Part shown: in pieces, positions 52,101 through 63,250 of the stretch
Layout of the letters: each line of letters begins with the position of its first letter
How positions within the stretch are numbered: position 1 is the first letter of the stretch
NCBI RefSeq assembly: GCF_020745735.1
Contig: NC_083407.1
Location: 89,209,857-89,273,856 of the forward strand
Length of the DNA stretch: 64,000 nt
Source of the DNA: Hemiscyllium ocellatum
Lineage: Eukaryota
Reading direction: 5' to 3'
Made by a program: the position numbers and the translations under genes
Notes under the pieces: model-generated
The model's database searches: none
Told to the model about the DNA's origin: nothing
Seen by the model: the letters and a program-made list of their open reading frames with translations, nothing else

Positions 52101-52497
52101 GCATTTCCTTGATCTCAGTCTGAACAGAATGCATAAACATCCAACTTACTTGTGGGTAGGAGCGACATGACCTGACACAGTCATTGAATCCCATCCAGCG
52201 CTGGTAGTCAGGATACTCTCCCCTGGTCAGAACATACTGGTATCCCATGTAATTGGGTTTCTCATACAGCACCCACCAGTCACTGTCAACACGGATTGAG
52301 TTACAGCGGCTGAAGTAAGGGGACAGGTCGGCACAGTCACTGCTGCACTCATAGTGCCGCCCCTGGAAGTTCCTGTCCTCGTAAAAGATGATCTGTGGAG
52401 AGACACAAGAGATGTTTATGAGCTTGATAATCAAAGTGTAATACTTAAAAAACTATAGCATCATACAAAAAATCAGACTTGTCCTTACCTTTCCCAT
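49162..52497 (-). CDS. cryg: gamma-crystallin copy 5, intact, 175 aa; join complement(49162..49437,52150..52392,52489..52497)
   Basis: Canonical exons with GT-AG introns, TATAAATA at 52556-52563, AATAAA at 49107-49112. Linker reads YPQ|YQGGS. Confidence 0.95.
49762..50236. mobile_element. Third-family PLE inverted-repeat element with 11-bp TSD in intron 2 of copy 5, with nested SINE
   Basis: AAAGTCAGAAG.CAC...CACCAGGTT vs AACTTGGTG...GTGACTTCTGACTTT. TSD TATAGATGGAT at 49751-49761 and 50237-50247. Related repeat at about 36505-36600. Confidence 0.75.
49822..50132 (-). mobile_element. Young full-length HE1-like V-SINE
   Basis: GGGCGGCACGGTGGCACAGTGGTTAGC head, B box GGTTCAATTCC, V core, CR1-like tail with (TAATC)n. 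Confidence 0.93.
51105..51830 (-). mobile_element. Old CR1 remnant in intron 2 of copy 5
   Basis: Minus strand [12 protein letters not shown] plus CR1-like 3' end. Confidence 0.65.
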
Positions 52498-52555
52498 TTT
52501 GAGCTTGAAGCTAGTTGAGTCACTGATCTGACAGTCAACATTATCTCCAGCGTGG

Positions 52556-52631
52556 TATTTATACACTGCATGAAATGGCCCCTCTACCCCAGACTCTTGT
52601 TATGCAAATGATTTGGTGCTGAACATCAGCA
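52556..52631 (-). promoter_or_regulatory. Copy 5 proximal promoter: TATA, Sox-octamer TCTTGTTATGCAAAT (52595-52609), palindromic MARE-like TGCTGAACATCAGCA (52617-52631)
   Basis: Motifs read directly; same spacing as the paralogues. Confidence 0.65.
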
Positions 52632-53339
52632 AAAAACACATCACTTGACGTTTTGCTTGTCTCATGACCAATTCTTTTCACTTCGCTTTCACTTTTCATT
52701 TTATTTGCCATGTGTAAACAAAGTGGGAGAGGTCTACTGCATTTTCTATACACTAACTGCTTTGTAACAACAATCAGTCAAAAAAATTCATTTGCCAGAA
52801 CTTACTTCCGAAGTTACCAATCTAGCTCAGTTCCCAAATTAACTCAGATAGGGGAAACCAAAAGTGGACCGTTTAGCTCACTACCTTACAGACTTTCAGT
52901 TACAGTTCAATGGTACATCTATCCCTCTGACTGACAAAACTTCAAATAATTGTATATCATTGAGATAATGTATGTAAAATAAGAGGGAAGAGCTCAGTAC
53001 GTAATGTGGCAGAATACCAAATAGGATTGTTGCATTTTAAAACTCTCAACTAAATTTTACCAGAAATCAGATAAGTGTCGAGGCTTCTCTGCATAAGCAC
53101 TCATGTGATTTCACATGCTAAATTCTGAAACTCATCTCCTTCCCAATGCACAGTGCATTGCTCTCCCTATCTTCCCGCTCACCAGGGGGCAGAAGTGCTC
53201 ACTGCTGCCAAGACCTCCCAGGATTCCCAGAGCTGGCACCATCATTAGAATGCCATTGTGCATCAGATCAAGCACTGTCTGCTCAGGCATGTCCTGTGTA
53301 TGGTTTTTGTGCATGAAGAATTGCCCCAGAGATGTCAGA

Positions 53340-53545
53340 CAGAGGCAAAGTTGCCACCCTGATTTGCTGGAAGCCCTGGTGGACACCAGAATGGATTAGA
53401 GAAGGGTTGTTTGCTTTTCTCAACACTGGTAGAGAAGACTATGCCAGCCTGGTATCAATTTTCCACCCAGGTCAATGCAATGTCACCGGTCTGGAGAAAT
53501 GCCCAGCAATGCTGCAAGAAGGTCAATCAACTTCTCTAACCTGCA
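53340..53545 (+). mobile_element. Decayed Myb/SANT-like ORF remnant of the PIF/Harbinger transposon type
   Basis: Frames read DLLEALVD and QVNAMSPVWRNAQQCCKKVNQLL (QCRKKxNDL-like). A possible related RFNDLL motif lies on the minus strand at about 46880. Confidence 0.5.
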
Positions 53546-53924
53546 AGTGCCATCATTTTCCCTTGGCCACTTCATACTCAATCTATTTCTACTGCAGTAC
53601 CCCCCTCCCACCAAGATTTATGGGTCTATCCCTATCACTATTGCATCAAACGTCTTCCCTCACTCCACATTGGCTATTCACTCACTACCTTTTCCCCATC
53701 TGTACCAGATGTAAGAACTATGCCAGCCACCATCATATCATTCAATCCCTCCCTTTGCTGAAAACACTAGGTCCTGGCAACCAAGTGACAGCCATTCAGT
53801 GAGACTCTCCCCTTACTGTCACTGTGAATGTATTCTGAACAATCCAAATTCCTATCCATATTTCACAACTTCTTCTCTCTTTTCTCTTGGTGGAATCTGC
53901 ACAGTCTCTGCCATCATAAAGTCA

Positions 53925-55075
53925 AAGTCATCACGTGATATAGAAACAGGCCCTTTGAATCAACTCATCCATGCTGACCAGGTTTCCTGAACTGAACTAA
54001 TACCATTTGCCTGTGCTTGGGCCTTATCTCTCTAAATCTTTCCTATCCATGTCCCTGTCCAAGTGTCTTATAAACGCTGTCATTGTACCAGTTTCCACCA
54101 CTTCCTCCGGCAGCTCTTTCCATACATGCACCACCCTCTGCGTGAAAATGTTGCCCCTTAGGTCCCTTTTAAATCTTGTCTCTCTCGCCTTAAACCTATG
54201 CCTTCTAGTTTCAGAGTCCCCTACCCCGGGGAAAAGACCTTGGCAATTCACCTTATCAATGCCCCTCATTATTTGATAAACTTCTAAAAGGTCATCCCTC
54301 AGCCTCCTACACTCCAGGGAAAAAGTCCCAGCCTACCTAGCCTGTCCCTATAATATAAACCTTCCAGTCTCAGTAACAGAGCTGAAAATGTGTTGCTGGA
54401 AAAGCGCAGCAGGTCAGACAGTATCCAAGGAACAGGAGATTCGATGTTTCAGGCATAAGCCCTTCTTCAGGAATGTCCAGTCTTCCTGAAGAAGGGCTTA
54501 TGCCTGAAATATCGAATCTCCTGTTCCTTGGATGCTGCCTGACCTTCTACGCTTTTCCAGCAACACATTTTCAACTCTGATCTCCAGCATCTGCAGATCT
54601 CACTTTTTCCAGTCTCAGTAACATCCTTGCTCATCTTTTTTCATTCTTTCCAGTTTAATAACATTCTTCCTTTTGCAGAGCAATCAGAATTATAATTAGT
54701 ACTGTGAATGCTGCCTCACCAATGTCTTGTACATTGGCAACATGGTTTCCCAAGTCCTATACTCAGTGTTCTGACCGATGAAGGCAAGTGTGCTAAACGC
54801 TTTCCTCCCCACGCTGTCTAACTGTGACTCCACTTTCAAGGAACTGGGCTCATCTTGTCAAATTCTGGCCCCTCACTCATGGCTGTGATGATACAAATAT
54901 CTCTGCCAGGGGTCCCATAATTTCTTCCCTCACTCCCCACAATATCATGGGATACACATAATCATGTTCTGGGGACCTATCTACCCTCATGCTTTTCACG
55001 ACCTCCAGCCCCTCCTCTTCTGCAATGTGAATTCTTTTCGAGACATCATTATTTATTTCCCTGAGTTCCATTTTA
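53925..55075 (-). mobile_element. CR1 LINE, internally deleted, interrupted by a PLE palindrome
   Basis: ORFs 54024-54269 and 54877-55071. Confidence 0.88.
54379..54606. mobile_element. PLE-derived palindromic mini-element with 17-bp TSD
   Basis: About 95-bp inverted arms. TSD TTCCAGTCTCAGTAACA at 54362-54378 and 54607-54623. Confidence 0.9.
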
Positions 55076-55332
55076 AGAGACTCAAGGCGTAATTCACATC
55101 ATCTCAGCGCTCTAACTCTCATTGACCCCCATCTCTAACCCATAGCATCAGTGCATTCTCCAGTTCCTGGGAGCAGAGACTCCAAGGCCCAAGAAGTGTC
55201 CTTTGACTGGACAGTATCAACATAAACCCCAGACAGGACCTGCATGGGAAGCTGATGTCAAGAGGCCATTCTGTATCCATTGTTACCCCAGTGGAAGGAG
55301 GTGCTCCATTGCAGATGCACAGAGTGTGATCA

Positions 55333-55929
55333 TAAAGCTCTGGTTAGGCCCCATTTGGAGTACTGTGTCCAGTTTTGGTCCCCACACCTCAGGAAGGACA
55401 TACTGGCACTGGAACGTGTCCAGCGGAGATTCACATGGATGATCCCTGGAATGGTTGGTCTAACATACGAGGAACGGCTGAGGATCATGGGATTGTATTC
55501 ATTGGAGTTTAGAAGATTAAGGGGAGACTTAATAGAAACTTACAAGATAATACATGGCTTGGAAAGGGTGGACGCTAGGATTTTTTTTCTGTTAGGCGAG
55601 AAGACTAGGACCCGTGGACTCAGCCTTAAAATTAGAGGGGGTCAATGCAGAACAGAAATGCGGAGACATTTCTTCAGCCAGAGAGTGGTGGGCCTGTGGA
55701 ATTCATTGCCACAGAGTGCATGGAGGCTGGGACGCTAAATGTCTTCAAGGCAGAGATTGATAGATTCTTGATGTCTTGAGGAATTGAGGGCTACGGGGAG
55801 AATGCGGGTAAGTGGAGTTGAAATGCTCATCAGCCATGATTAAATGGCGGAATGGACTCGATGGGCCGAATGGCCTTACTTCCACTCCTATGTCTTATGG
55901 TCTTATGGTCTTGTGGTCTTGTGGTCTTA
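55333..55929 (+). mobile_element. Young CR1 3' fragment, same subfamily as 36779-38586
   Basis: KALVRPHLEYCVQFWSPHLRKDILALERVQRRFTWMIPG is identical; tail (TCTTA/GTGG)n. Confidence 0.93.
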
Positions 55930-56197
55930 CATACAGATTTGACTTTCCCCTCTGCTCAGACTCTACTATCATCACCCTTCTCTTATCAGTTCTGTATGCA
56001 TTGTAAGACGAGTGACTGTTGCTCGGCTGCATCATGAGGGCATTCATGGTTGGACATTCTGTAGTTCCACATCAGGTGAAGGTAGGTGCTAGTCCTGGAT
56101 GTGTTCCTCATCTATTCATGTAGCAGCCCTTAGCACAGTAGACACAGGGCCAACCATATCTTCTGTGCTCAGATCCACTGGAGTCAGATCCAATGGA

Positions 56198-57003
56198 TTG
56201 AGAGTGAGGTGCTGGGAAAGCACAGCAGGTCAGGCAGTATCCGAGGAGCAGGAAAATTGACGTTTCAGGCAAAAGCCTCAGGAATAAGGTTTGGAGACTA
56301 GGGGGTGGAGAGATAAATAGGAGAGGGTGGGGCTGGGTGGAAAGCAGGTGAGAGTGCAATCAGTGATTGGAGGTGGGGCTAAAGGTGATAGGTCGGACCT
56401 GCACTTGCACAAATGTCATTTACTATATCCGTTGCTCCAGATGCAGTCTCCTCTACACTGGGGAGACAGGACGCCTGCTCGCAGAGTGCTTTAGAGAATA
56501 TCTCCAGGATACCTGCACCAACCAACTCCACTGCCTGTGTCCGAACACTTCAACTCCCCCTCCCACTCCACCGAGGACATGCAGATCCTGGACCTCCTCC
56601 ATCGCCACTCCCTCACCCCCCGACTCCATATCTTCTGCCTCGGGATACTTGCATCAATGTGGACTTCACCAGTTTCCTTATTTCCCCTTCCCCCACCTTC
56701 CAGCTCAGCATTGCCCTCATGACCTGTCCCATCTGTCCATCTTCCTTCCCACCTATCCGCTCCATCCTCCCCTCCGACCTTTCATCTTTACCCCCACCTC
56801 TATCGACCTATTGCACTCTCAGCTACCTTCCCTCCAGCCCCACCTCCCCCCTCCCATTTATCTCTCAAAGCCTCATTTCTGATGAATGGTTTTTGCCTGA
56901 AATATCAGTTCTCTCCTGCTCCTCAGGTGCTGCCTGACCTGCTGTGCTTTTCCAACACCACACTCTCGACTCTGATCTCCAACATCTGCAGGCCTCACTT
57001 TCG
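56198..57003. mobile_element. Truncated PLE: inverted 5' repeat + GIY-YIG + 3' repeat
   Basis: NVIYYIRCSRCSLLYTGETGR (56367-), HFNSPSHS, terminal repeats in opposite orientation. Confidence 0.88.
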
Positions 57004-58188
57004 CTCAGTTGTAATGGACCCATATCATTGGCAATATCAGAAACAAAGCAGCTCATCAGTCATGTGATCATTCAGCAGTCACAGCACACAAAATAACATT
57101 CAATCAACATCCTCCAAACACTGGGGCATGAGTGAGTCTAACACAGTGGGATACCTCCACTTGGACATTACACATTATGACACTGATTCAGATGTCTTTT
57201 GCTCAAGTCTTTTGGCGCACATGCAAAGAGAGGTTTTATCTCTGGCAGCAATTCTGAGGTTCTGTACCATACCCCCAACTCCTTAATTAACCACAAAATG
57301 CAGTGTGGCATGCAGAATAACAGTGTGGAGGTTTTACGGTCTGAGTGAAGTGAACAGCTCCTGTGTCTCGTGCAGTTTATAGGACCTTGGAAGGTGATTG
57401 CTAATTTGGCAACTAGAGTGAATATTTCCTAGTCACAAATCATTGTTAATGCCTCTCAACCAACAGCAGGATTGATTCATGATGTTGAATGATGTGGTCA
57501 ACAGTGTTTATGGCCAAGACTTTTACTTGACACAGTCAGAAAAGATGCTTGGCTCACACTCAGCATTTTGTGTCTTTCACCTTCACTGAGTGGGTATGTA
57601 CTTAATGCGATTGTCCTTTGAAGGGTCTTGCATCATATGAAAGAGAAACCTCTCCCTTAGAGAATGAAGCACTTAATCTGCCCATTCTGGGTGTGATGCT
57701 AGTCAATTTTTTCTCCATTACACACTCACTGTTTGGATAAGGGTAGGAGGCAACACAGGGCACAAATCTTCAAACCCAGCTTTGATCTCCATCACATTCC
57801 CACGCGACCAATCTGTTTAACTTACCACTTTATCACCAGATCACCCCCTCCATGCAGCTCCATGAAGAAATGATCTACGATAACTGACATTCAAAGAAAA
57901 CATATTTTATTCGTGCTCAGAAATGCTTGAGCAATTTTTTTAAAAAATCATAGTTTTTAGCAACAGTCTAGAAATTCCAACAGTTGAATTGTAGCCTCCC
58001 CAGTCGCTCTATTTCCTGTATTCACCGGGCCTCATGAAGTACTGTCGCCGTCTATAGTCAGGGTGTTCATAGAAGATCCAGTAACCGTCCATCACATGGC
58101 AGGAGTGGATGTCACAGTAACAGAAACGGTCGTAAACAGACGGACAGTCATCCATGAATTCCATCATCTGTCCTCTAAAGTCAGGCCT

Positions 58189-58911
58189 TGTTCTATGAAG
58201 AAACAACACAAAAAATTTACAACCCAGGAACAGGCCCTTCAGCCCTCCAAGCCTGAGCCAGTCCAACTCCACTGTCTAAACCCATTGGCTAATTCCTATG
58301 GATCTGTATCCCTCTGCTCCCCACCTACTCATGCATCTGCCCAGACACATCTTAAATTAATCTACCATGCCTGCCTCTACCACTCAGATAACAAGGTGTT
58401 CCAGTCATCTACCACTCTCTGAGTACCAAATACTTGCTGCATGTATCCCACTTAAACTTTTTGCCTCTCACCTTGAACACATGACCTCTCTTTACTGAAT
58501 CCCTCACACTGGGAAAACGCTTATTTCTATCCAACTTGTCTATACCCTTCATGATTTTGTGGACCTCAATCAGGTCCCCCCTCAACCTCCTTTTTTCTAA
58601 TGAAAACAAACCTAACCTACTCAACCTCTCTTCATAGCTAGCACCTTCCATTCCAGGCAACGTCCTCGTAAACCTTCTCTGAACCCTCTCCGAAGCATCC
58701 ACATCCTTTTGGTAATGCGGTGACCAGAACTGTACACAGTATTCTAAATGCGGCTGAACCAAAGTCGTGACCAATTTTAACATGACCTGCTAGCTCTTAT
58801 ACCCAATACCCCATCTGATGAAGGCAAGCATACCATATGCCTTCCTGACCACTCTATCCACCTGTGCAGCCACCTTCAGAGTACAATGGACTTGAACTCC
58901 CAGATCTCTAG
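58189..58911 (-). mobile_element. 5'-truncated CR1 inserted in exon 3 of copy 6
   Basis: ORF 58409-58783 GMEGASYEERLSRLGLFSLEKRRLRG, same subfamily as 14790-16071. Crystallin sequence on both sides. Confidence 0.92.
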
Positions 58912-60517
58912 TTTGTAGGAGCCTCCTCAGTAGTGGAATATAAGAATGCTATTGGTAACTCATTTTTGTAATTATATGTTCAGTAATGTCATTCTGACTG
59001 CTTGAACACCATCAATTGTAATCACGCCACTATTAGTCACAATGCTATCAGCAACCTGGTTCCAAAGCCTTCTTTGGAGTCTCATTGCTCTTTCTACTTA
59101 AAGCCTATGTTCTTGACTTGCATCTTGTCCTAATATCTCCTCTGTGCTCCATGTCTAATTCTGCCTTAAAACACTCCTGTGAATCACCCTGACCATTTTA
59201 TTACCTTATAGGTGTCATATAAATATCAGCTATTAGATGATCTGATTTGAAAATCAGTAGCCGAAATCAGAATCCAGAGGAAGAATTGGATTCAAAGTAA
59301 CTTTAAAAGAGACATTGGGATTAGAACAGTTAGATGGTTGTTTTTGACCAACACAGACTTGATTGGCCAAAGGGACTTTTTCTGTGCTGTAGACCTCTAT
59401 GGCTCTATGATTTTATGTCATGGAGCTGATCTGTAGAGCTTTGGGGCAAAAGCAAAGGTAAGGAGGGAACTTGGATTTGACTTTCAGAAATCCATTGGAG
59501 GCACATTTCATCAAGTCTGAATGGCCTCCTTCTATGCAGCAAGAGTTTACATATCCATAATAATTAAACACTTTGCTGTATGCAGTGATATGGTCTGCAT
59601 CCTCAATCAGTTATTAACTTGGTGAGTCGATTTGAAGATTTGTCCGAAGAGAGTTTGAATTGAAAATCATGTTACAGCAGGATACCTCCATCTCAAGGAC
59701 ATTCAGATCAGGGCACATCATCAAAGGAAAGATAATATTGGCCTTGAATGAAATATAGTGAAAATTCAGCACAGATGTTGGGGGTAAGAGGATTAAATTC
59801 AGAGGGCTGCTATTCCATTTAACATAGAAGCTTAAAGTGCTTTTAGAAAGTATTTCCTCTGGTGGGGGATTCCAGAATAAGAATTGGGCCACACAGATCA
59901 GACCAAGAAGAACCTTTCAATAGAATATTCAGCAAAAATCTGAAACTGGATCACACAATAGGTTATTGAGTCTCGGTCAATCGAAAATTTCAAAACTGAG
60001 TTGATATTCTTTTGCTAGGTAAGGTCATGAAAGGCACTGGGACCAACTGGAGAAATAAAGATTTGAAAAAGATCAACTATAATTTGCTTAAAAGTTAGAT
60101 TGAATTTGAGGGGCAGGCCAGCCCCTTCCAGTTTTTTTATGCTCCCATGCTCTCACAAGGACAAACTGTCAAACTATAACTGACCTGTGGGTAGGAGCGA
60201 CATAACCTGACACAGTCATTGAATCCCATCCAGCGCTGGTAGTCAGGATACTCTCCCCTGGTCAGAACATACTGGTATCCCATGTAATTGGGTTTCTCAT
60301 ACAGCACCCACCAGTCACTGTCAACACGGATGGAGTTACAGCGGCTGAAGTAAGGGGACAGGTCGGCACAGTCACTGCTGCACTCATAGTGCCGCCCCTG
60401 GAAGTCGCACTTGGTGTTGTGGTGCAATGGTAACAAACTCTCTCTCTATGTCAGCAAAACTAAAGAACTGATGATTGACTTCAAAAAAAAAGGAGAACAC
60501 GCCTCCATCTGCATCAA

Positions 60518-60836
60518 GGTGGCATGGTGGCTCAGTGGTTAGCATTGCTGTCTCATCGCGCCAGGAACCCATGTTCGGTTCCTGCCTCGGGTGACTGCTT
60601 GTGTGGAGTTTGCACATTCTCCCTGTGTCTGCATGGGTTTCCTCCAGGTGCTCCAGTTTCCTCTCATAATCCACAGATGTGCTGGTCAGGTGAATTGTCC
60701 ATGCTAAATTTGCCATCGTGTTACATGCATTAGTTGGGGGTAAATGTGGGTCTGGGTGGGTTACTCTACGGGGGATTGGTGTGGACTTGTTGGGCCAAAT
60801 GGATTGTTTCCACAATGTAGGGAATCTAATCTAATC
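60518..60836 (+). mobile_element. HE1-like V-SINE nested in Rex1
   Basis: Head, V core, (CTAAT)n tail. Confidence 0.9.
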
Positions 60837-61123
60837 AAAGGAGCTGAAGATGAGAGGATTGAACGTGCAAACTCCTACGAGTGACGATAACCGACAACCT
60901 GTCCTGGACTTCCCATGTAGATGCAATGGTCAAGAAGGCACAACAACACCTCTTCTTCCTCAGGTGGCTCCGAAAATTTGGCATGTCCATAAGGACCCAC
61001 ACCAACATTTATGGATGAACCATTGAAAGCATACTGTATGGGTGCATAATAGCCTTGTACAACAATTCTCTGCCTAGGATTTAAGAAACGGCAGAAGGTT
61101 GTGCGCATAGCCCATACCATCAT

Positions 61124-61439
61124 TAGATTAGATTAGATTACTTACAGTGTGGATACAGGCCCTTTGGCCCAACAAGTCCACACCGACCCGCTGAAGCGAA
61201 ACCCACCCATACCCCTACATTACCCCTTTACCTAACACTACGGGCAATTTAGCATGGCCAATTCACCTGACCCGCACATCTTTGGACTGTGGGAGGAAAC
61301 CGGAGCACCCGGAGGAAACCCACGCAGACACGGGGAGAACGTGCAAACTCCACACAGTCAGTCGCCTGAGTCGGGAATTGAACCCGGGTCTCAGGCTCTG
61401 TGAGGCAGCAGTGCTAACCACTGTACCACCGTGCCGCCC
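61124..61439 (-). mobile_element. Young HE1-like V-SINE nested in Rex1
   Basis: Near-identical to 49822-50132; TSD ACCATCAT/ACAATCAT. Confidence 0.92.
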
Positions 61440-62406
61440 ACAATCATGGAAGCCAACCTTCCATCCATGCATTCTATTTATATGTCTTGTTACCGCAGAA
61501 AGGCTGCCAACATCATCAAAGACCCATCCCAACTCAGTAATGCTTTCGACAACCTCCTCTGTCAGGCAGACGATACAGAAACTAGAACACGTGCAGCAAT
61601 AGATTCAAGAACAGCTTCTTCTCTGCTGTTATTAGATGGATGAATGGACTCTCTAACTTCAAATCATGCTGATCTCATTAATGTTTATCTTGCCTAGTGC
61701 ACATCCTGTGCAGTGTAACCTTACACTGTTCAAGATTTTTTACACCCTAACATCTGTATGTCCTTGCTTACTATGATCTGCCTGTACTGTTCGCAAACAA
61801 AGCTTTTCACTGTAATTAAGTACACATGGCAATAAATCAAAAGAAATCAAATCAAATCATAGTGCCGACCCTGGAAGTTCCTGTCAAACATGATCTAAAA
61901 AAAACAGAAGTTTAAAAATCAATTTCTTAAAATAAGACATAATTAGCAAATTATTTTAATGTAACAAAATATAAGTTTACCTTATCATTCCCATTTTTGA
62001 ACTCACAGTTAGCTTAATACATTACTTCACACAGATTGGTATTAACTGAACACATTTGCTTTGGCAATGCTTTGTCATTGTAATATTTCAGGACTCAAAA
62101 TCAGCAAAAATGAACAAAACATGTGTTGTGTTCACGGTAGAAAACACCTGAAACATATAATGTCCTAACCATTCTTTCCCTTTTTGCTTGCGTTGCATGA
62201 ACAGGAAAGGGAAAATGGGTGCTTTACTTTTCCTGCATCAGACTCCATTTTATTGTTGAAATATTTCAGTAAAGTCACTAAATTCTATTTGTGACATTGC
62301 ATTGTGCCTCCAAAAACACTCAAATGTGGGACAAAGAAAGTCGACTGCAAGTTATGTTGCTTTCGCTGTTCCAACCATTCAGCTTTACACTTAGCTGTAA
62401 AACCAA

Positions 62407-62736
62407 GGGTGACTACAGTGGCTCAGTGGTTAGCACCGCTGCCTCAATGTATCAGAGGCCTGGGGTCGATTCCAGCCTCTGGTAGAGTTTGCATGCTCCG
62501 TCTCTGTGGATTTCTGCTGGGTGCTTTGATTTCTTCCCACAGTCCAAAGATGTGCAGGTTAGGTGGTTTGGCAATGCTAAATTGCCCCATAGTGTTGAGA
62601 GTATACAGGCTTGGCGGGTTAGCCATTGGAAATGTAGAGATAAGGTGGAGCTGGACCTTGATGGGATTCTCTTTCGAGGGTCAGTGCAGACTTGATGGAC
62701 TGAATGGCCTCTTTGCACACTGTGTGGATTCTATGA
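62407..62736 (+). mobile_element. Older V-SINE
   Basis: GTGGCTCAGTGGTTAGC head, CCCACAGTCCAAAGATGTGC core. Confidence 0.82.
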
Positions 62737-63250
62737 AAATCTACCAATATGATATTGAACAATGTAACAAAGTATGAAGTTCAAAATTGTAGGCAGGTTC
62801 ACACCTCGTTCGTAGTTTGGAAAATTATATTAAAAAAAAGACCGGCCGCCAAAAGAATATGTATATCATTGCAGTGGAAGCTCCAGCAGTAGTGTTGAGT
62901 GGGATTTTAGTTAGCAGGGATCTTTAAGAGCAAAGGAAATCAACAATACTCGAAAAAATCAGTTTGAACTGACAATAATCAGCTTTTATTGATAATACTG
63001 CAGCAGTTTTGGCTAAAACTTGAGAGGAAGAAATACAAGTTGTTCTCAATTTCTCTTCCAAGTTTCACGCCTTTACAAAGGAAGGTGTAACATTTATATA
63101 CTTCAAAATATGTTGAGAAGTGACAAATTATCATGAAATGCCATTATCCGTAACACTGAACTTTGGCCTTCTTGGTTTTCTGAAACATTATTCATTTGCG
63201 TCATTCCATGACTTTCTTTCTGTAAATGGATATTTTGTTTAGACTAAAAA

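Larger units (their letters stand above)
60406..61856 (+). mobile_element. 5'-truncated Rex1/Babar-type LINE in exon 2 of copy 6, 22-bp TSD, two nested SINEs
   Basis: [68 protein letters not shown] motifs; (AAATC)n tail. TSD 60384-60405 / 61857-61878. Confidence 0.88.
57968..61994 (-). pseudogene. gamma-crystallin copy 6 pseudogene, split by two LINE insertions (exon1 61986-61994; exon2 61857-61894 + 60185-60405; exon3 58912-58932 + 57968-58188)
   Basis: TATA lost; intron 1 donor GT->AT; 6-bp deletion in exon 2; Rex1 insertion in exon 2; exon 3 acceptor AG->AC; TGA at 58927-58929; CR1 insertion in exon 3; TAG at 58009-58011; 19-bp deletion before the normal stop. Confidence 0.93.

Noticed and set aside
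60137-60436. [22 protein letters not shown] as a novel TE-crystallin fusion (also 58009-58272)
   Set aside because: Starts at a non-ATG codon in LINE-derived sequence, no promoter evidence, and downstream exon 3 is destroyed.
6734-61994. Array built by triplicating an intact+pseudogene two-gene unit
   Set aside because: Promoter and intron similarity groups copies as 1/2/6 and 3/4/5, and most lesions differ between pseudogenes.
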